The translations under genes and the position numbers were made by a program. From assembly GCA_964035545.1 (NCBI GenBank), contig OZ037766.1, positions 6,562,722 through 6,626,721 on the forward strand: a stretch of DNA of 64,000 nucleotides. Direction: 5' to 3'. The notes beneath the pieces are model-generated. The model was not told where the DNA came from and did not search any database. It saw nothing but the letters and a program-made list of their open reading frames with translations. Positions 25,601-47,580 of this stretch are shown here, one piece after another (positions within the stretch are counted from its first letter, which is position 1; each line of letters opens with the position of its first letter). The DNA comes from Bugula neritina (Eukaryota > Animalia > Bryozoa).

Positions 25601-27872
25601 TCGAGCAGAAGAACAGGTCTTACCGCTTGTCAGCGGCTCAACGGGCGGACACTGGCCGTCCTTATCCAGCTTCTTAGTCATACAGCTAGTGCTGACACAG
25701 GCATCGCTGCTTACACAGTACACCTGTGAAGACACACAAATAGAATACACATGCTGCCCATGAACCACTTTCATTAGCCTAGGTTTTTAGAGTTGGCAAC
25801 GTTGGTACTGGGCCTTATTAACAATTAATAGTCAAAAGCACTTACAGTGCCAGTTGGGCAGATGCTAAACATTCCACCAGTAGTGTGTCTGTTTCCTCCA
25901 TCCGTATCCATCAAGTACTTCATTTCATACACCAGAGCCTCCTTCATGTAATCAGCTGTTACAAAAAACTAGTTTAATAATTTTGCACATAATATAATTA
26001 GGATATTAAAGATATTCTGATTAATCAGTTGGTTTAAAAAAACAATCTGATAACATACCAGTAGTCTTCATCTTTGGACACTTTATCGGTATGCACTTCA
26101 TTGTCTCCATGCAAAAGTACTGCAAACACAAACATCATGGTTGATATAACTATTTTTCAGTTATACACAACATCTACATGCTTGCAATAAAAGTAATGCC
26201 TCAAGTATAGAGCTAAGATGACAAAACCTGAAAGAATACTACTATTAATTATCAACAATTTCTAGGAACGACAAATAAAAATAGCCATATAAATGCAGCA
26301 GCTAATTGTAAAACATTAGCTTTATGAGTCAGTTTACTTCATTCAGTGCACACCAGCAAATTATGACCTAACGTCAAAGTTTGCTCAAAATTCATTGAAA
26401 TTTACTATGTATACGTGATAGTTTTATGTGCTGGTTCTAATTATGCATAAAAGAAAAGGCTGGGAGGGGATTCCCCAACATTAAAGCACATGTCATTGCC
26501 ATATGCACTTAATATTATATATGTGCTACTGTTACGAAAAAACCTAAGGTCTAAAAATCCAAATTAGCTAAATAATTAGGAAAAACATGGGAAATTAAGC
26601 AAGATTAATAATAACCTTGACTATTTAGTTGTATTTAATGACATGCTATTAGTTTTAGGCAAAAACCCATATATGTTAGCAGCTAAATTGGAAAAAATAG
26701 CTAAAAACTGGAGATTTCGAGTGTGTACTAAATTAAGCTAGACCCTTATTCAAAACAAAAGAGAGAAAAGATAGATTACAGAAGTCAAAACTAAGTTTCA
26801 CAGAAATGCTAAGTAAAGGGGGGGGGGGGATATGGCCATCAACATGTACAACCAGAACATTCAGGACACAGTCTTGTTTGTTGTGTTAACAATAGATCAA
26901 GATGATAGCAAAATACAATAAGTATGTAGATCAGAAAATAGAACAGATTACTAGGCAATTGAAAGCAAGTCATTAATTATTAAGTCATGGATGAGTAGTC
27001 GCAAGGCAACTAAATAATATTATGAAACCTATTGTGAAATAAAAAGAATAGAAAAACCATAAATCAATGCTTCAGTTAGATTTAATATAGCAAGCATTGT
27101 TGTTGAGAAACACATGGAGCATCTGTTATTGATTGTCACACAATAATAAGCCATAGTACCCTCCAGAGGAATATACTGGCGTGAATTTTCAACAAAAGAA
27201 TTTAATAGAAAAAAAAAGGTTTAACCAAGCAGATAAAGATATTCCTACTCTTACATCTACAAGTGTTGTACTGACTCACCATTCCTCCACTACACATCTT
27301 GTGAGCTCTCCGTGGTTTCATCATAGAGGCCACGGCATACGCCAGAGATGAACGAAATCCTGCAATATTTAACAGTATAAATCAACATTTAATCTCAACT
27401 ACATAACAAAAGAGTACATCTATTTGTAATTTATTAATATGTTCATAACCTAACCAGAATTTAACACACAGTGTTGAAGTAACATGCAATATTTACCCTC
27501 ACGAGTTATGTGTCTCCATTCCGGGGATCGAGAATTCCCGCCCGTGGAACTAGACCAGGTGGAACTAGACTCAGCGGAACTAGACCAGGTGGGACTGGAC
27601 TCAGCGGAACTGGACCAGGTTGGATTAGACTCAGTGGAACTAGACTCAGTGGAACTGGACTTAGTGGACCTAGTCTTAGTGGAACTGGACTTAGTGGACC
27701 TAGTCTTAGTGGGACTGGACTCAGTGGAACTAGACCAGGTTGGATTAGTCTCAGTGGAACTAGACTCAGTAGAACTAGACTCAGTAGAACTAGTCCAGGT
27801 GGGTGTGGATGAGCTTGTACTTGAAGTAGACTTTATTGCCACAAGGACCAAGACAACTGTTGCCAACTTCAT
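4327..27872 (-). CDS. Giant single-pass REJ/GAIN(GPS)-domain receptor with a polycystin-1-like ectodomain, ~2497 aa, 47 coding exons
   Basis: Exons, 5'->3' on minus: 27872-27497, 27359-27280, 26119-26059, 25955-25846, 25723-25519, 24955-24716, 24298-24143, 23969-23805, 23182-22934, 22306-22110, 21744-21531, 21197-21079, 20593-20448, 19931-19814, 19721-19553, 19112-18902, 18689-18511, 18135-17910, 17469-17337, 16831-16715, 16325-16210, 15846-15677, 15366-15215, 15030-14945, 14703-14544, 14384-14163, 13495-13270, 12840-12719, 12631-12465, 12110-11929, 11576-11359, 11139-10947, 10586-10437, 10011-9876, 9722-9562, 9076-8997, 8915-8761, 8453-8342, 8168-8017, 7680-7545, 7151-7030, 6654-6602, 6116-5892, 5688-5494, 5196-5053, 4689-4531, 4355-4327. 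All introns are GT-AG, phases are consistent at every junction, and the total is 7494 nt. Motifs: MKLATVVLVLVA (signal), WAP KDGQCP..C..C..D..C.G.QKCC..CG..C, IEAVNDAP, D.CGVCGG, LTITGSGF (IPT), LDGSASYDPD / GTALTDEF / FPLTYRF / LSAG (REJ), CRNWD...WSEDGC...CYC (GPS), GSIVVEF (SEA-like), GVIIGVVVGCTMLVVLVIVIAMVCL (TM). Confidence 0.88.
5053..5196 (-). other. Single transmembrane-helix exon of the REJ/GPS receptor
   Basis: AGMKMGVIIGVVVGCTMLVVLVIVIAMVCLKKGSG: about 24 hydrophobic residues followed by a KK stop-transfer. Only two short Pro-rich exons and a stop follow. Confidence 0.88.
6817..6983 (+). mobile_element. ~165-bp MITE-like element, copy 1
   Basis: Imperfect ~26-bp TIRs (tagatgcagtaacgaagaaattgaga ... 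tctcaatttctccactactgctccta); the internal sequence is shared with the copies at 27935 and 30613. Confidence 0.78.
7030..7151 (-). other. GPS motif exon of the GAIN domain
   Basis: Translates CRNWDYENVDWSEDGCEAAMLDNSTNKWTATCYCYTTGYFA|VF, matching the C-x2-W...W-x3-GC...CxC...FAV GPS pattern. Confidence 0.85.
7310..7544. repeat. Intronic minisatellite, ~43-bp unit, ~5 copies
   Basis: Repeated (g)tatcacaatagctgacaggtatcaact, abutting the donor at 7544. Confidence 0.85.
8605..8718. repeat. Intronic minisatellite, ~33-bp unit, ~3.5 copies
   Basis: acagtatagtataatatataaatatacaatgcat repeated. Confidence 0.85.
9080..9505. repeat. ~45-bp tandem repeat grading into degenerate (ATATA)n
   Basis: ataatatataataccacgtaacattatataatataatattataga occurs about 4 times, followed by pentamer low complexity. 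Confidence 0.85.
10130..10435. repeat. Intronic minisatellite, ~40-bp unit, ~7 copies
   Basis: gtaggtgtaggtagaaactaacaccatataaggtaaatgt repeated up to the donor at 10436. Confidence 0.9.
12925..13139 (+). mobile_element. tRNA-derived SINE, copy 1 (intron of the REJ receptor)
   Basis: A-box-like TGGTCTAGAGGG and B-box-like GGTTTGAGCCC, followed by a body (gtgatgctaggaaggg..ataattgctcctgtgcc..catcagggg..tttatt) shared with three other copies in the window. Confidence 0.8.
13580..13653. repeat. (TA)n microsatellite
   Basis: Uninterrupted TA run. Confidence 0.97.
20958..21072. repeat. 9-bp tandem repeat (gtgtaaa(gt/ga/ct))n
   Basis: About 12 units directly beside the donor at 21078. Confidence 0.88.
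25519..25723 (-). other. WAP (four-disulfide core) domain exon
   Basis: KDGQCPPVEPLTSGKTCSSARLCVNDNEGCSGLQKCCENACGGSYC shows the 8-Cys WAP spacing with KCC..CG..C. Confidence 0.82.
27545..27810 (-). repeat. Coding 15-bp tandem repeat encoding a Ser/Thr-rich mucin-like pentapeptide (SSTES / SPTWS / RSTKS)
   Basis: About 17 units of (c/t)tagactcagtggaa-type sequence inside the first coding exon. The phase-1 donor at 27496 fits only the Ser/Thr frame. Confidence 0.88.
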
Positions 27873-27934
27873 CTTTCTACTACAGAATACAGCTTATTCC
27901 TCAAGGTGTGACTCAACAAGTTCTAGTACACAGT

Positions 27935-28102
27935 ACTTAGGAGCAGTAGTGGAGAAATTGAGATAGCCAAAGTTCTTTAATTTTATTGTTAAACTTTGGT
28001 TTGGGACGCAGGTTGGAATTCTTGCAAGAACATACCTTCTTTTGCTACATTTTTAATATAAAACACAGGCTTTTCTCAATTTCTCCATTACTGCACCTAC
28101 CT
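27935..28102 (-). mobile_element. ~165-bp MITE-like element, copy 2 (inverted)
   Basis: taggagcagtagtggagaaattgaga ... tctcaatttctccattactgcaccta; its reverse complement aligns to 6817-6983. Confidence 0.8.
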
Positions 28103-28569
28103 CTTTTGCTAATGAAACTACATATATATAGTATATATACACAAGTATAAAGTGAGGATGTTTTAAACAGTATAGCAATAATGCAGAGACATAGTTAATT
28201 CAATGTTTAATATAATAGCAATTCAGCTTTGTAATAAAAACAAACATCAACTTGAACTAAAAAACATCAATTGCGCATTATAAAGCATATAATACATTAT
28301 ATATCAATCGCTATTATTGGTCATTCATATAATATTTTAAAACTCTGTAACTTGGCAATGGAAATATATAACCTAACATTTCACAAAATACTTCAAATAA
28401 CATTTGGTATAGTAAATATTTGCATATTACATACAAATGCCATATATAAGCATACAAAAGGCACAACAGTAACTAGGAAATTTTGAATTTACGAGAGTAA
28501 AAAATTTATTTCCATGCAAGTAAAATTGTAAAGCAGCAAGCAATAATCAGCAAACTAGTTACAACTTAC

Positions 28570-28618
28570 CACTTGAGAAGTGTAACAATCTATGGCAGCC
28601 AATAAATTTTCATTGGAA
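28570..28618 (-). other. Probable 5'UTR exon of the REJ/GPS receptor, with a short uORF (MKIYWLP*)
   Basis: It has a tatcag acceptor and a strong GTG|gtaagt donor. The ATG-bearing exon at 27872 has a ttctgtagtag acceptor a few nt upstream of the ATG, so a non-coding upstream exon is expected. Confidence 0.4.
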
Positions 28619-30072
28619 CTGATAGGCCAATATTGATTTTGTAACATTCAATATTACAAAACAATACTGGTGAATGATTATGCCTTATTGCTTTGTATGC
28701 TTGAAAAAATCTGCATTATAGTATGTTCACATTTCAGAAGCCCTTTAGGTAATGCCCGCAAGTATCATACTTTAAGATCTAAAATGGCAAGTTTACGACA
28801 ACCAACAGATGGCACCCTTCAACTTCTTAATCAACTTTAAAGAAATACACATTACTGAACACAGAAAAACTTCAGTATTTTGACAGCTTTGACGAATAAG
28901 CACCACTATACTGTCTTTAAATGTTTATAAAGAATTTTTGACATACACCTTATATTGCAATCTTTAACGCTGTAAAACATAAAAGAATTTGAAGCTATTT
29001 TAAAATAAAAATGCAACTAAACTGGTTAGACGATGTTTGCCGTTAATGTACTGCGTACTGCTGTTGAATTGATCTGCAAATTTCAATTTTAAACCTGATT
29101 AAAATATTAAAAATTTATGAAATCAAACAAAAAGTAAAAACACGAGGAAAACGGTGAAGACATATTCAAAAAAACTAAGATTTGCCAACTTAGAGTACCG
29201 ACCACCATCATACAGTCATACTCTGACTGGGAGCACACTCCATCATGTGTAACATTAATTGTTACTAAACAGATGAACAAGTACAAACATAATTTCAAAC
29301 ATGGGAGTTTTCAATTAAATATTATTAATAAAAGCCTAAATTCTATAAAGAATTTTACTATAACGTGTTATATATAATTGTAAGAGACAAAAAACTACTT
29401 GGAAGATTAATTCCATTTAATATTACATGTCAAATAAACTAACAGCAAAAACCCAGAACAAAAATTATACTTGTTTTTTGTGGAAGTGATATATCATATA
29501 AAATATTGTATTATATTTAAGCTATATATTTTGTGTCATTCTTTATTACCTCTTTTTCACTGATAAACAGTATCTATTAAAACTGTGTAAAATCTAAAGC
29601 TTACAGTAATTATATTATATGCTGTTAACATTTCAGCTATAGAATCTAGAAATTGAAGTTTGGTATTAAATGATAGAACTTTTTCATCACAAACAACACC
29701 ACTTAGATATATATGCATTAGACAGTGAACTGATTAATCAGTGTTGACCTACAGACATGAGGAAATGGAAAACAATAAAACTTTACATTGAGACTAGGTG
29801 ATGAAAATTTATTATGGTACATATATGATTGTATATCATCGTAAAACAAAACGAATAGTTATAACTACAGACTTGAACTGACCTATATCAATAGAATCTG
29901 CACTTGTGCTGAACTTGAAAATTGTGTTCTTATCTGACTAGACAACTCAATAGAAATGTGTTCTATGCTGATAATGTAGAAATGTACCTTAAAGGTACGC
30001 AACTTAGTCACTCAGTGAGTTCGCTAGAAGTATTACAGTTTAGTCACCCTGAAGAGTGGCTAGCCGTAGAGA

Positions 30073-31603
30073 TTACGTCTGGAAGATCACTCGACCTCGG
30101 TGATTAAACACATAAAAGTTGCTACGGTTACCAAACGTTTCCCAAGTTCTACAATAAAAATGAAAACCATATATTTTAAAGTTGAATATGAGATGCCAAA
30201 ATTTGAATCCAACTGTCAATTAAACATGGAACTTAATAGAATGGGAACTTACTTATGCTCAGTATCAGCATTTGCTCGAATCTCTTTCAGATTGGCAATC
30301 TTTAATATTATTACACCACAACAGGTGAGAACCAAACTGAGCGCAGTTTGAATTAATACCTACAGACATAAATAATAAACATATAAACTGCAAGAGTTGC
30401 AATTTGTGAGATTTGATTTAAAAATTGAACATATATATTTCAAAATAAAAATGACACTAAATAAATTCGACATAAAATCGAAAAGTTAGCAAAAAGTATA
30501 TACTTTATCCTAATTCTGAGAGCTTGGAAAGGAGGTATATATAACATACTTTACACTAGAAGACGTGTTTGACAAAGACTTATTGATAGATAGCTTAGCT
30601 GTCAATTATATGAGGTAGGTGCAGTAATGGAGAAATTGAGAAAAGCATGCGTTCTAAATTAAAAATATTGCAAAAGTTGTTTTTGCAAAAAATTTCAACT
30701 TGCGCTCCGAACAAAAATCTATAAAGAAATTGAAAGAACTTAGGCTATCTCAATTTTTTCCCTAATGCACCTAAATAAAATATACAGGTTGATAAATTTA
30801 TTCATTCTTGAATTTAAAGTCTTAGTTTTAGCTACCTTACAGTCTCAGCCAACTGAGACCTACATAAAACTACTTACATCTACTGGTAACATCTGATACT
30901 CTCTCTCTGTAATCCGCAAGTATGTCCGATCTACAAAAAATTTTGTAATTGAAAAAATCGTTGAAAAGAGAATAGGCAAGAAACAAAGTTTTGAATCGAA
31001 ATTTTAAAATAGAAAGTTGATCAACATCATGAAAAATTCAAAACAAATCACGGTCTTCATTGTTGAAGGTGATGAGTTGGTTGACAGGATTAGCCTACAT
31101 TTAGGTAAAGAGATACAGACTTTTGCCAAGTTTGAGTTTGTAATTTTGAGTTTAGGGTTTGAAGTGTAATTGCTTTATTTTAAAAGCAGACACCACCACA
31201 TTTTATTTACTTTAACTACTAAAACTACAACTTAGTATGTAGCTCCAAGATTACCTAACAGATTCAGCTTAGGACAAATTTACCAGTTTGTTTCGTTAAA
31301 TATAACATACGGGATATTAAGAAATAATTATTTGCCCGACTAGTTTTCTTCAGAAAATAAGATAACAGATGTAACTACATTACTTTACAGACAAAACTGA
31401 ATACAAATAACTTACAAACTACTACATATAACCACAAACACTACATTCAGTAAATGAGATGTCAACAAATCAAAATCACCACAAAATATATTAAAATAAG
31501 TTAAAAGACAAATCATGAACTCACGCTGGGCAGCTGAATAGGCTGCATGCAAGGAAAGCAGTATACCAATAACAGCACAAAATCCTCCAACACCTGATTT
31601 CAT
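30073..31603 (-). CDS. MMGT1: ER membrane protein complex subunit 5 / membrane magnesium transporter 1
   Basis: Exons 31603-31525, 30930-30878, 30359-30253, 30148-30073 give MKSGVGGFCAVIGILLSLHAAYSAAQHRTYLRITEREYQMLPVDVLIQTALSLVLTCCGVIILKIANLKEIRANADTEHKTWETFGNRSNFYVFNHRGRVIFQT*. HAA.SAAQHR, LP.D...QT and FYVFNHRG are EMC5 signatures. Confidence 0.96.
30613..30776 (+). mobile_element. ~165-bp MITE-like element, copy 3 (MMGT1 intron)
   Basis: aggtaggtgcagtaatggagaaattgagaaaagc ... ggctatctcaattttttccctaatgcaccta. Confidence 0.78.
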
Positions 31604-32929
31604 ACTTGCTAAAATAAAACACATATCAAGTTGACGCCATCAACTTAATGTAGATTATTGTATATCCAATTAATACTTTAGAGTTTAGACACATGACTGG
31701 TCACCCAAATTATTTAGGCCAAAAATAAATTGAACAGTAAAAGTAAACTGCCATAAGTTTATGTTATACTTGGAAATTTCAATTATAATAATAAATGAAG
31801 CATCAACTATTTTTTAAAAATTGAATGATACTTTTTGAAAAACTTTTTAATAATTAATTTTACTTCTAGATTATTCATCGGACACTTGGCATTAGGGTTA
31901 CAGCTTTAGTTTGCATTGTACATGTTGGCGGATTTAACAACTGAGTTTAAAATAGAGTTTCAACTAGCTTATTTTTTGCTAGTTTGACCTTTGAACTTTC
32001 AAGCCAGTTCAGTGATTAAGCTGTGCATTGCAGAAACTAAAAATAACATGCAGTGAAACTCAGCAATAATAACTATTAGTTTGATAATACACTGAACTTC
32101 AGTGCCAACTGGAAATGTCATAAACAAGCGATTAGAAATCAAAAATAATTCAAGACGTGCTTGTACAAAATGTATAAAACAAAATTATTTGAGCATACAA
32201 CTCCCAAACAGTCTGAAAATGATAGTTATGATAATATATTTCAATACTGCATAAATGTAATGTAATGTGGTGGAAGGCGAGAAATAAATGTAGTGCCAGA
32301 GATTCTTTAATTGCGTAAATTACAGTAGATCTACAGCAAGAATAAATTTGATTCATAATTGTTTCAATCTAAATTTAACTGTGATTGTAATTTATATTTT
32401 ATCAGGCTGGAGTTATACCATTACAGTGAACAACTATTATGTGTTTATAAAATATTTGTTCTATATATTAATATTATAGGGCTAAAGTGACATGGTATAC
32501 AACTTGTTTCCCTTATATTAGCACTATTCTCTAAACCAAGACCAATAAACTGTAATAACAAGCCTATACAATATTTTCATTGGTATTGTTTTTGCTATTG
32601 CATTCATAAGGAAACTGTTGCCTTTACATTGAATTTATAGCTTTTATTACAGTGGGTGTGCCACTTTGATCATCCAACCACCAGAACAACCATGCCATCA
32701 TACAGCAGCTATCAAATACACTTTAATTAGAAATGTATATCAATATCATTCTTTATACATCATATTCAACAACTATTACTACAGTCTAAAAACAAATATG
32801 ATAAGTATGAGAACAAATATGAATACTATATACTTACAGTTAAAGCAAAAGATAAAGATTATTATTGTGATATTGATAGTTACTTGTATAAAATTAAATA
32901 TCAACTAATAACTCATTAAATTTTAACTT

Positions 32930-35200
32930 GACGGTGATTTACACTATCACATTTACAATGATTATGAATTTATAATTATTACGTCAACATAATGATAATC
33001 ACTAGAATGGCTTGTAACAATCACAACCACAATCACTATGACTATCAGTATCAGTATCAATATCCTTATCTCTATCAGTGTCATAGTGGATATGGCTATA
33101 CCTATTGGCTACCAGATTCAGTATGGTTATCATTAAATTTAATCATTATCATTATGAGCATGACTACCATTAGTATTATTCATTATCATTATGATAATCA
33201 TAATGATTATCACTATGAGTATGAGACTGAATTAACATTTACTTAAACTTCAAAAATAAAAACCAAGCAGATCTTACTTGACTACAAGTACATTTAATCT
33301 ATTAGTATTACTATTTACTATTACTATTAGTCTATTACTATTAGTATTATTATTAATATTATGATTATCAAGATTAAATCAACTTCAAGCTGGCGTGAGT
33401 TCAGTTTGTCGATTTACTATTCAAGCTTATAAATCACAAAGTGATTAGTATTAATTCTTACTATTTGTGCTATTAGTATTATTATTATGATAATCATTAC
33501 TATTAATATTATTTCATATTTGCCTTTCACTTTGCAACTTCAACAACTACAAGTTTAAAGTTAAAGTTTAAACAAATTTAAAACTAAATTACCAAATTTA
33601 AATTACTTATACTATAACTATAAGTATATAGTAGTACTCTTAGACTCATGAACTTATCAAATCAAGGGGTGCAAGAAAGTGAAAGTTGAACTGAAACGCA
33701 AAAAAAGGTAAAGCTACTACTAGCACTAGTACTACTAGTAGTAGTACCAGTTTTAAAATCTACCAAAATGAAATGAAAATACGTTTTTAATTTTACTTAT
33801 CTAGTTTCATTTCAGATATTATGAAGATATCAAATATAATTATATATGCACTAAAATAACTGTAAGTTATATTTCCTTGATTATACGAAGTAAGGAGCAA
33901 TGGAGAAAGCTGAAAAAGCCTTGCTTTTGGATAAACGGTATATTTTATGGTCAATGATTGACCCAAACTATGGTTTTAAAACAAAATAGAATGATTATAT
34001 AGACAGCTCCGAGTTGGGAGTGACTGGGTGCAGCAATTTGCAGTTCTCGAGTTTGGACTTGGGGATTTCAATAAACCCCAACTCCAAACTCGAGAACCCC
34101 AAACTACTGCACTCAATCACTCCCAACTCGGTGCTGTTTATAAAACTATTCCAAAAATATGGTTTGAGCGGATATTCACATTTATGACATTGACATCGTA
34201 GATGGCATTTTCGACGAGCATACTTATATACCACTAACACGTGGGCTTTAAGTCCATGATACTATTTACACTTTTAAGTTAAAACATCGCAAGGGCTGAG
34301 GAGTAACCTAGGTTTTGTGACTAATAGTAATAGTAATACTTAGAGTTACTGTTAGTCTTATACATAATCTTATACTTATAGTTATGTCTTATATTTATAC
34401 TTATAGTTATACTTATAAATTAAAATTATAATAGCAAAAGTATTAGTATTACTATTACATTTACTATTACTCAATTAGTATTACTATTACTATTACAATT
34501 GAATTAGACTTAGTATTAGTATTACTATTAGTATTAGTATTACTATCAGTATGAGTATCACTATCAGTATGACTATGTCTTATAGTTATTGTCTATAACA
34601 CTACCAGTAACAGCCTAACAAGTAACAAGTAACGGGCAACAACATAAGATAAAGATAAACTTTAACTTCAAGACTTCAACTTGAAGTTTAAGAATAAGTG
34701 TAAGATTAAGTTACTTATTATGGCTGATAGTTATACTTATACTTATAGTTATACTTATAGTTATTAACTTATACTTAATCTTATAGTTATACTGTTATAG
34801 ACTTTAGAGTTATACTTATAGTCAATATAAATATTAATACTTATGCTATTAGTATTAGTATTACACTATTTGAGTATTACTATTAGTATTACATTTACTA
34901 TTACTATTAGTATTAGTATCATAAGTATAACTATAACATTAACTATAAGTATCACTATAACTGTATAAGTAAAGCTTGATTTATAAATATTACTCCTTTT
35001 TCATTTTGATTTACTTTCATTTGTCAAATTCAATTTCATAATGTCTACTGATGATGATTATCATTATCATTATGATAATCATTTACTTTTAGTTTGACTA
35101 ACTCCTAGCCCTACTGTTGAACTTACAGTTACTGTCAGTGTTACTGTTACGCTTACTGAGATGGACTTACATTTCAAGTTGCTGTTACTGTTAGTGTTAC
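32930..35200. promoter_or_regulatory. Putative divergent promoter region of MMGT1/LLPH: a GC-richer core (~33990-34320) flanked by period-6 AT-rich tracts
   Basis: The genes are head-to-head and both have acceptor sites just upstream of their ATGs (31609, 35536), implying non-coding first exons here. The flanks consist of TATTAG/TATTAC/TTATAG/TATCAG hexamers. Confidence 0.55.
33997..34142. repeat. Long inverted repeat / foldback (about 65-70-bp arms, ~10-nt loop)
   Basis: Left arm agctccgagttgggagtgactgggtgcagcaatttgcagttctcgagtttggacttgggg versus reverse complement of the right arm agcaccgagttgggagtgattgagtgcagtagtttggggttctcgagtttggagttgggg: 8 differences in 60 nt. Confidence 0.9.
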
Positions 35201-35545
35201 CGTGTTAGAGTTGGGGGATGCTGTAAAATTGAATTCCTAAAAGTAAAAGTGAATATTGAAAGCTGTCCAAAGCATTAAGTCCTGCAAAATATGCCCCATT
35301 TTGTCAATTTCTGCTGTTCACAACACATTTCTGCCTACTTTAATAATCAGATAAATTAATCTGTCCAATGCACAAATCTGCTTACTAAGTAGATCAAGTA
35401 AGTGACAAGCATCCTTATAGAATATGGTGTAAACATTTTGTGTTAGTAGTTTTTCATTTATATTATTCAAATGTTTGTTTAAAATCTACCATCAAAACAT
35501 TTATTGCGGAGTATCCATTACCTGTTTTTTATGCAGCTTGAAAAA

Positions 35546-36168
35546 ATGGCAAAAAGTTCTAGGAGCAAAATTAAAAGAGCCAACAGAGCTGTAAAGCGCG
35601 AAAAAAATTCTAAGAAAGAGCACGCAAAGTTAGAAAAATTGGTAGAACTAGCTAAAGGAAATGAAGAAACTTGTGCAGAAAAAGGTAAAGAGTACACAGT
35701 ACTTGGGGGAGCTGAGGAAGCCATGGCAGTAGATGATGTAGCTTCTCAAAAGCCCCAGACTGATCCTGCAGAATTGGAAGGTATTCATAGAATTTCATTT
35801 ATTATTCATATTCTGAGCTATATGCTTGCATTGGGAATAGTGTGTAAGCCTGCTTCAATTATAGGTGTACTCCATAGACTTAACCAGTTAAGTTTTATTT
35901 TATCATTTGAATTTTAAATGAAGTTATAGGCCTAAGCCTTTGAGTAAGATTTGAAGCTAGTTTAATAATGTGTAATGTTTATTAGATTAATATATTTTGT
36001 ATAATTGCAATAGATCTACCAATGGGTGTTGGACTCAAGACAAAATCTGGAAGTTATCCAATTTGGATGAACAAAAGAGCAATAAAACGAGCCAAGATTG
36101 TAGAAAAGAGAAAAACCCGACAGAAAAATAAAGCTAAACGAGTAGGGTCTCGCCCTTGGCGAAAATAG
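35546..36168 (+). CDS. LLPH: Protein LLP homolog (LAPS18-like, basic nucleolar protein)
   Basis: Exons 35546-35780 and 36014-36168. N-terminus MAKSSRSKIKRANRAVKREKN..KE..KL and C-terminal GSYPIWMNKR..KR match the LLPH/LAP18 family. Confidence 0.92.
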
Positions 36169-36559
36169 TACATTTATTTCTAGACTATTCCTGTTTTATT
36201 TGACTGATCAAGTTGCTCTGTATTTTCATGCCAATGGAATGCCTTTGAATATTTTTATTGAAATATGTTTGGCCTTGAGACCAATGGATATAGCATACAA
36301 TTGATGTTAAAAAGTATTGTAAAAACCTCAATAAACTTAATGTTTTTATATTTGTGTTGCATTCAACAAACTTCATATTTTTTCATTAGATGAGTAGAAA
36401 AAATAAATACCTTTTATATAAATATGTACTATTATAATGTTAGAAAATATATTAGTTAAAGGAATGTTAATAACATGCTCACATAAATAATATTGTTAAG
36501 TGCAGCAAAAGTTACAATATAAAAAAGCCATGCTATTGTTGACAATATTCTTTCTAGAG

Positions 36560-47580
<11,021 letters not shown>

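Noticed and set aside
27484-27966. Plus-strand ORFs of 160 aa (VELDS repeat) and 100 aa (GTRLS repeat)
   Set aside because: These are antisense shadows of the 15-bp coding repeat. Only the minus Ser/Thr frame has a signal peptide and splices in phase to the next exon.
32992-33246. 84-aa His/Tyr/Asn-rich ORF
   Set aside because: By-product of the period-6 tract, with no splice or homology support.
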